Shown: piece by piece, positions 36,427-64,000 of the stretch
Position numbering within the stretch: the first letter of the stretch is position 1
Layout: each line of letters begins with the position of its first letter
DNA from: Octopus vulgaris
Lineage: Eukaryota
Length of the DNA stretch: 64,000 nt
Assembly (NCBI GenBank): GCA_951406725.2
Contig: OX597815.1
Coordinates: 153,574,001 to 153,638,000, forward strand
Direction: 5' to 3'
Notes under the pieces: model-generated
Seen by the model: only the letters and a program-made list of their open reading frames with translations
What the model was told of the DNA's origin: nothing
Databases searched by the model: none
Program-made: the position numbers and the translations under genes

Positions 36427-37096
36427 ATGAATTCACATGTTAGTAGAAAATAAAGTTTGTCATTGACCTCTCCAAACTCTACATTTAAGCCTGATCTCTT
36501 GCATTACAAACACTTGGTCGACTGTATTTATCATGTTTTTGTGAGGTCAACATGTTAGACTAATAATGACATTGTCACAGTTTACATTTTTCTAGGTGTG
36601 ACATTAAATACCTGTACACTCCTAGCATTCTATAAAGCAGTTGGCATTCGAAAGGGCATCTACCCGAAGAGACCATACCAAAATAAACAACAGAGTTTGG
36701 TGCAGTCTTTTGACTTACCAGTTCCTATCAAACCGTCCTACCCATACCGATTTGGATACAGACGTTAAATGCAGTTGTTGATGATAGTGATTGCGCATAA
36801 TATTACTTGTCTTCAGGACAGCAATTTCCACTTCCATCTCACAGTCAAGTAATTTGTTTTGGAAGGAGAAACATCAAGTCACCTCTCTTCCTCCAAACAA
36901 AAAAACTGAGTGATAATTATATTTAAGGATGTGGATGTACTAATCCTAACCTGTAGAGTATTTCTTTCGCTACGAAAATCGAGGCTATTAAGTCATAGTT
37001 TAGAGTGGCAGAAAGGGTAGAATTTCGTAGTAAATGTCTTGTACTGCTTAGTTATGGCCCTCTATATTTTCATTTAAAACCCGTCTGAGGTCACAA

Positions 37097-37440
37097 TTTC
37101 GTTTTCTATTCTCTTTTTCTCGCTAGAGAGAAAATAATCCACTAAATCTCCCAAATAATAAGAAATCTTATGTCAAAGCTTTGTTTGACACTTTTCTGAA
37201 GGAAGGAGAATTTTCTGTTTGGGTAATGATTTTTTAACTCTCTCTTTCATTAACCAGAAATCGAAACTGAAGAATCGGCCATACGAACTTTCAGGATTCC
37301 ATGAAATCTATGTCGCGCAGAGTAATTTCCCTTGGGATTGTTGCGATGTGTTTAGCTTTCGAAAGTCATATATATTTCATGCCTTGAGAAAGAAAAGTCT
37401 ACCGCTTCAAACAAAACCATCGTGAACCCCAACTCTATAA
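37097..37440 (+). promoter_or_regulatory. Putative promoter of the 130-aa ORF with ISRE/IRF-like and kB-like motifs and a TATA box
   Basis: GAAATCGAAACT at 37257-37268; GAAAACGAAA (minus) at 37097-37106; GGGAAATTAC (minus) at 37322-37331; TATAA at 37436. Confidence 0.4.
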
Positions 37441-37481
37441 GGCTCTAATTCGCGTCCCTGTTCGTAAAGCAGCTTTTCGTC

Positions 37482-37874
37482 ATGACTAGGGCTGCAGTTT
37501 TGAATCGAATTGCTACTAGAGTAATACAGCGTTTAATATTGATGATGAACGAAACACGCATGCTAATTCCGCCACATTCGGTAAATGACATACATGACGT
37601 TCTTCTTTATCTATCAGGAGGACATGAAGATGTCTGTATGTCAGGCGATCGAGGAGACTTTTATCGCCGTAAACTGGCTGAACAAATATATCTCAACTTT
37701 GCAATACAAGGCATTGATCATTATAACGTTACTGCTGTCATAAAAGCGGCTATACATTTAGAAGAAATTTCAAAATTGGTTATGTTTGGCGAATTATCTG
37801 AAGAAAATATTGCTATAGATGATAGAATGTTTTCAATCTTGGCGAGAATAGCAGGATTTTTGGAAGTAAATTAA
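37482..37874 (+). CDS. Intronless hypothetical protein, 130 aa, family not recognised
   Basis: Non-repetitive ORF with normal globular composition. TATAA at 37436-37440, CpG-rich context, AATAAA at 38103-38108. Confidence 0.6.
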   Translation: MTRAAVLNRIATRVIQRLILMMNETRMLIPPHSVNDIHDVLLYLSGGHEDVCMSGDRGDFYRRKLAEQIYLNFAIQGIDHYNVTAVIKAAIHLEEISKLVMFGELSEENIAIDDRMFSILARIAGFLEVN

Positions 37875-40769
37875 AGTTATAAATCATCTTGAGTTTTCTT
37901 ATATATTTGCGATCCTTTTGCCATTGTTAAAGTTATTTGGGTGATTCCATACATTTTAGGTTGTTGCTTGAAATGCTGGAACATTTTGGTTACGATTCCT
38001 TTAATCCTATCCTCTCCTCCTTGTAGTGGATACAACTAATGTCATAAACTTACGACAAGGATGCTGTTTTAAAGGGTTTCTGTAACAAGTTCCGATACAA
38101 ACAATAAAGTGGCTAACTGGCAAGTAGTGTTTCTTTTATCTCTTATGTTCTGAGTTCAAATCCTACTGATATCAACTTTGCCTTTCATGTCTTAAAGGTT
38201 GATAAAATAAAGTACCAGTCAAATACTAGGGGACGATGTAATTTACATGCTCCCTCTCTTCGAATTTGCTGACTTTGAATTCTGCAACAGACTGCTGTTC
38301 TGTTTAAAAGGATTTTGTGATCTTGGTCACTCTTACACCATGGAAACTGAGTAACCAACCTCCATGCACCCAAGGGTTTAAGAAAAGAATATAAACAATA
38401 ATTACATACAAAAATTTTGCAAAAGAAACTGATTTATATCACCATTGCGGAAAGAAACAAAACTTTTGTGCAGGAATTTCTTTGGTAGTACTTATTATTT
38501 ATCAATGTAGACCACTACTGGTCCCTTTGGATTCTACTTTACACTGTAATATTATTACCATGTAGACCATTTAATGGAAGCCTTTTTCTTGACAGGAGGT
38601 ATGAGCATCAACACAACTCCAACAACTAATATTGCTGTTTCTTTTTATAATCAGACATAAGAGGAACAGTATCTGTAACCTTTGCAGAACCTCTGAGACT
38701 GACAAGATAGATGCATTACTTTGAACAGTTATAGACCAGTGTTTTGAATAAAAACTGTTGGCAGGAATGGATTCCAGTTGGTGGAGAGGGCAAATAGTTA
38801 ACTATTTCAGAATACAAGTCATTGGACTATTTAGTAGGTAATAGAAGCAGCAGATTGAGTTAGTGGTTTTACCATTTCAGTGATAAGACATACAGAGATA
38901 TAGCAGTGAATTGACAGCAGTATTTACTTATAGCCCTTCGTTTTGGAGTTCAGATCCTGCTGTTATTGCCTTTTAATCTTCTGGAGTCTATATACAAGTA
39001 CCTATAAAATTAATAGGACTGATCACTAGTTGAAAAATCTCTCTGATTGCCAAAAGCTCAAGCTATTTACATTTTTTTTATCAGCATTATTGTGTAAATA
39101 AATAAGGCAGTGAGTTGGAAACTAGTAAGCATGCTGGGAAAAATGCTTAGTGGTATTTTGCCTTGTCTTTACTCTCTGAGTTCAAACTCTACTGAGATCA
39201 ACTTAACCTTTAATCCTTTTGGGGTTGATGAAATAAGTATCAGTTGGTGTAATTGACTAGTCCCTCCTGCAAAATTTCAGATTTTGTGCCAGTAGTAGAA
39301 AGGATTATTGTATGAATAAATGAATAGTTGTAATAATGTTTCAATTTAGTGAAAAGTACAGAAATTCTGAAGGGAGGGTTTAGCAAATTACATTGATTCC
39401 ACTACTCAACTGGCAGGTACCAATCCGACCCCATCTACTGGAGTGGGGGGAGGGGGGTAAAATGCGGTGGGCAATGGTGTGAGGAGGGTTGCAAGTCGCT
39501 CGAGACTACCATTTGGTTGCCATGATGAATACCAAAGATGACCTTGGAGTGACTGCAACTCAGAACTTACAGAACTGGGACAATTCTTTTAAGTTCTGAG
39601 TTGAAAGAACATGGTATATTTTTCCAATGTTCTAATGGTTCTGCCAGCTAAGGCCATAAATTTGGTAGGAGAATTTAGTCAATTGAATTAACCCTTTGGA
39701 GCCAATCAATGCCTTATGAAATTGGGAGATGGAAATATATATATATATACATTATCATCATCTTTTAATGTTCATTTATCCATTCTTGCATGGGTCAGAG
39801 GGAATTTGTTGAAAATGAAGGATAGTATATTTTAGATGAAAAAAGAATTTTTTAAAATCTTAATTTTGAAAAATAAAATATAAAAAAAAACCGCATTATT
39901 TATGGGATGAACCAATATATATATATCTATAAAGCTGAAATGTGAAAAAGTTGTTTGATTTCTTGGTTATTTGTCTCATTTTGGGATGGGAACGGTTTAA
40001 GGGGTAGTAGATGAGGTCGGATTGGTACCTGCCCAAATTTACACTGGAGTGGGGGGGGGGGGGTAAAATGCGGTGGGCAATGGTGTGAGGAGGGTTGCAA
40101 GTCGCTCGAGACTACCATTTGGTTGCTATGGTGAGGAATATGGTAAAAATTGGGTTTTATGGTATAGACAGGTTGCGCTGTTAGAACAATGGTGGCTTTT
40201 CGTGTTGCTGCAGGGACTAGAGACGGTTATCTTTAATTGTGGGTGTAAAAATTTGGGTGATTTTGGATAGGTGGGGTAAAGAAGAGGGCAATAAAAAGAA
40301 CCAGGCAAAGAAGACGAACAAAAGAAGAAAGGGAAATGGAGACAATACACACATAACAACACCACCTCCAAAAACCCGAGCGAAGCATGGGTCAAAATAG
40401 CTAGTCTTCTTATAAATTTGAGTGATGTTTCTCTCCATTACATTTTTATGTTTGTTAACTCCTCCTAGACCGTTGGTGCAAGGACAACGAAACTCAAACA
40501 GCAACTCCCCTAATCCCAAGGAATGTCCTGAGGGGGTCTGCTTTTTTAAGGGTCCCACTGACCACCCTATTTTTACTGCATTTACCTTGCTCCTACACTT
40601 TTTGATTAAACTATGATCCGCATCAGTGCTTAGCACATTTGCATAAATAAGTTTGGGCATTCTAAATACTTTCACGTACATTCAGATTAAGATAAAGAGT
40701 TATAACAGGTACATTTCAAGTGTGGTAGCATGGATGTAAAAAATACCATTCGAGTAGGAAAATAGTTTT

Positions 40770-42040
40770 TGTCTGTGGCAGATGCTCAGGAGCAATAAAC
40801 ACTGGAAATGTGCAGAGACCAACTTCTACCACGTTCCAGGGAGACAAACTAGAAGTAGTTGATAGCTTCCGCTACCTAGGTGACCAAGTCAGTAGCGGGG
40901 GTGGGTGTGCTGAAAGTGTAACGGCTAGAGTAAGAATAGCCTGGGCAAAGTTTAGAGAGCTCTTACCCCTGCTGGTGACAAAAGGCCTCTCGCTCAGAGT
41001 AAAAGGCAGACTGTATGATGCATGTGTACGTACAGCCATGCTACATGGTAGTGAAACATGGGCCGTGACTGCTGAGGATATGCGTAAGCTCACAAGAAAT
41101 GAAGCCAGTATGCTCCGATGGATGTGTAATGTCAGTGTTCATAATCGACAGAGTGTAAGTACCTTGAGAGAAAAGTTGAACCTAAGAAGCATCAGTTGTG
41201 GTGTGCAAGAGAGACGGCTGCGTTGGTATGGTCATGTGACGAGAATGGCTGAAGATAGTTGTGTGCAAAAGTGCTACACCCTAGCAGTTGAGGGAACCTG
41301 TGGAAGAGGTAGACCCAGGAAAACCTGGGACGAGGTGGTGGAGCACGACCTTCGAACTTTAGGTCTCACCAAGGAAATGACTAGAGACCGAGACCTATGG
41401 AAGTATGCTGTGCGTGAGAAGACCCGGCAAGACTAGTGAGGCCATAACCCGTGGCCCCTACCTGGGACGTAGTCAGTCCACCAGTGCATACCTTCCTTCT
41501 TGTGACACTTGTGAAGACCTGTTGAGGCAAGTGAAAATCAAACCAAATCAAAATAGATGAACATCAATGGAATTTGTATCTTTGTGGTACCAGTGCCGGT
41601 GGCACGTAAGAAAACCATCCGAATGTGGCCGTAGCCAGTACCGCATCGACTGGCTTCCGTGCTGTGGGCACGTAACAAACACCATCCGATCGTGGCCGCT
41701 CGCCAGCCTCGTCTGGCACCTGTGTTGGTGGCACATAAAAAACACCATCCGAGCGTGGCCGTCTGCCAGCCTCGTCTGGCGCCTGTGTCGGTGGCACATA
41801 AAAAACACCATCCGAGCATGGCCATTCGCCAGCCACGTCTGGCACCTGTGTTGGTGGCACATAAAATCACCGACTACACTCTCGGAGTGGTTGGCGTTAG
41901 GAAGGGCATTCAGCTGTAGAAGCACTGCCAGATCTGACTGGCCTGGTGCAGCCTTCGGGCTCCCCAGACCCCAGTTGAACCGTCCAACCCATGCTAGCAT
42001 GGAAAGCGGACATTAAACGATGATGATGATGATGATGATG
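40770..42040 (+). mobile_element. 5'-truncated RTE-clade LINE: RT C-terminal ORF 40810-41436, long 3' UTR and (GAT)n tail
   Basis: VDSFRYLG, KGRLYDACVRTAMLHGSETW, RLRWYGHV, RGRPRKTW motifs; tail ggaaagcggacattaaacgatgatgat. Confidence 0.9.
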
Positions 42041-42440
42041 AGTGTGATTGTTACTTGCGTCACCTTCCTGGTACTTGTGCTGGTGGCATGTGAAAAAACA
42101 TTCAAGCGAGGTTGTTGCCAGTGCCGCTGGACTGGCTCCTGTGCAGGTGGCACATAAAAAGCACCATTTGAGCGTGGTCGTTGCCAGTACTGCCTGACTG
42201 GCCCTCGTGCCGGTGGCATATAAAAGCACCCACTACATTCTTGGAGTGGTTGGCATTAGGAAGCGCATCCAGCTGTAGAAACACTGCCAGATCAGATTGG
42301 AGTCTGATGCAGCCATCTGGTTCGCCAGTCCTCAGTCAAATCATCCAATCCATGCTAGCATGGAAAGTGGACGTTAAACGACGATGATGATGTAGTTTAT
42401 GAAATTTATGTCTAGTGTATATATATATATATATATATAT

Positions 42441-43185
42441 TTGGTACGACTCTCTGTTTGTCTCTCACTTTTACTTGATCTGTCCCCTTCTCTCTCTACT
42501 CATCCTCTTTTTCTCTTCTCTTTCCTCTGATTCTTTGGTCTAATCTTCCCCTACCCTCCCATTTCTTTGTCTCGCTCTGCACTCACAGGTCAATCTTCGA
42601 CACCCATCCCTTCTCCTCTCTGATTCCTTCTTTCTCTCTCTTTGTTGCTTTTGTCCCTCCTCTCTCTCTCTCTTCCTTCCTTTGCTTCTCTTTTCGCTCT
42701 TCTCTGTCACGTGACCGCTGGCCGAAATCTGCCTTTCAGCTTCCCACCAGCGACGTGTTAACATCGTTGTTTTTCGTCCGCCGCCAAGGCATCGCCGATA
42801 AGGCTCCTTTCCAATGCGCCAGAGAAAAAATTTGTTTGCTTGTTATCAGTCGTAAGACACTTGTTGTTGTTTTCACCGTTAATGCTTCTGTATTCCATTA
42901 TTGTTTTTTGTTTTTTTTATATTCGTCCCTTTTGCTGTACTGGTGTTTGTATGCATTCGATCCTTCTTCCAGGAAATCTACGCTCCCAGCTTAGTTTTTC
43001 TAATGCTCGTTGCTTAGTTTTTCTTGGAGGGCTGGCCATGATCTAGTAATCTCAAGATTAATCAGCCGAAATTACTACGATGATCCGGTTCTTGACTGAA
43101 GACTGAGGGTTTCGAATGTCCTGTCCGTGTTTATTGTATCGTCTTCTAAGAGTTATACGTTCTTGTCCATGTTGTATTTTTCTAC

Positions 43186-43192
<7 letters not shown>
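42441..43192 (+). mobile_element. Non-coding ~0.75-kb element between (TA)n tracts carrying the family-2 ribozyme motif
   Basis: Same layout as family 1 (pyrimidine tract, CpG-rich core, tgga-gg-ctgg just upstream of the ribozyme, T-rich tail); no credible ORF. Confidence 0.55.
43044..43106 (+). ncRNA. Hammerhead-like ribozyme motif with permuted strand order (family 2)
   Basis: tagtaa-TC-tcaaga-ttaa-tcag-cc-GAAA-ttacta-N12-tcttga-CTGAAGA-ctga. Helices tagtaa/ttacta, tcaaga/tcttga, ctga/tcag. Confidence 0.62.
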
Positions 43193-43245
<53 letters not shown>

Positions 43246-43296
43246 AATATATATATATATAAATACATATATATGGAGAACGGACGTTAAACGAAC

Positions 43297-43334
<38 letters not shown>

Positions 43335-43816
43335 GGGCTTCTTTCAGTTTCCATCTATCAATCCAGTTAAAAGGCTTTGGTCAACCTGAGACACTTGGCG
43401 TTGAGAGCGAGACTGAACTGAAAACCACATGGTTGGAAGCAAAGTTCTTAACAATAAACCTACAACTATGCCATATAATCTCCATATGGAAGACACTTAG
43501 CAATGCTCAAAAATGATTCAAATTCAGACTCTGATATCTTTACAGGGGATTGATTCTACATGGTAAAGAAAGCCTACAAGATATATATATACACACATAC
43601 GCACTTTAAGTATATTTATAGCTGGGGGTTTTTTCCCGCATTTATTACACTCTTATAATTTGAAACAACTTCATTAAAAGGTGTATTCGACTAAGTGATC
43701 AACAGATGTCTAATGTGAGTCAAAATAAAGTTAAAAACAAACAAATGCTTTTTAAATTATTTAATTAAAAGTCCCAAATAATTTTCTAATGAACGTTGAA
43801 GAAACTTTGTTAAGGT

Positions 43817-63676
<19,860 letters not shown>

Positions 63677-63790
63677 CTGAAGAATAAAAAGAAAAGAAAA
63701 GTATAACAATATAGAGAAATATGCAATATTAAGAAATGTACTGTATAATAAAATACAAGAAATTAAATTCATTAAAATTCAATCAAAAAC

Positions 63791-63826
<36 letters not shown>

Positions 63827-64000
63827 CATATGGTAAATTTGAAAAGAGAACATAAAAATAGAATAATAGGAATTTTAAGAAATGAATGTCAAGTAAATTT
63901 GAAATCTCATCCCATATTAGGTATGGCTGATTCTTTTTTGATGCCATTTAATACCTATGCTAGAAAAAACAAATTAAATACCAGAAACAATTATTATCTA

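Noticed and set aside
40217-40681. 154-aa ORF and a CTGATGC...AAAA hammerhead-like string near 40590-40630 (minus)
   Set aside because: No recognisable domain; stems I and III could not be identified and the core is mutated.
41690-41880. ~63-bp repeats resembling a CRISPR array, with several overlapping ORFs
   Set aside because: Tandem units of the RTE 3' UTR; the ORFs are by-products of GC-rich repeats.

Overview
AT-rich, microsatellite- and retroelement-dense animal genomic DNA. The repeat complement resembles that of a coleoid cephalopod (octopus-like; inference). Three conserved genes were reconstructed by hand with GT-AG splice sites: single-coding-exon FKRP (-, 6843-8357), six-exon prohibitin-1 (+, 22860-34600, 273 aa), and eight exons of cytosolic 5'-nucleotidase III (-, 43817-63676; first exon outside the window). 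A 130-aa intronless orphan ORF (37482-37874) sits in a CpG-rich patch with TATA, ISRE-like and kB-like motifs. The rest is tRNA-derived SINEs, RTE LINE fragments and tails, a full-length dead mariner, Helitron-like elements, MITEs, a probable solo LTR and Penelope-related sequence. Main finding: two non-coding ~0.75-kb elements, divergent in sequence, each carry a complete hammerhead ribozyme core (NUH, CUGANGA, GAAA) with three fully covarying helices, but the strands are joined in a non-canonical, pseudoknotted order (9221-9282 minus; 43044-43106 plus). One host element appears circularly permuted. Decayed conventional hammerheads occur elsewhere in the window.
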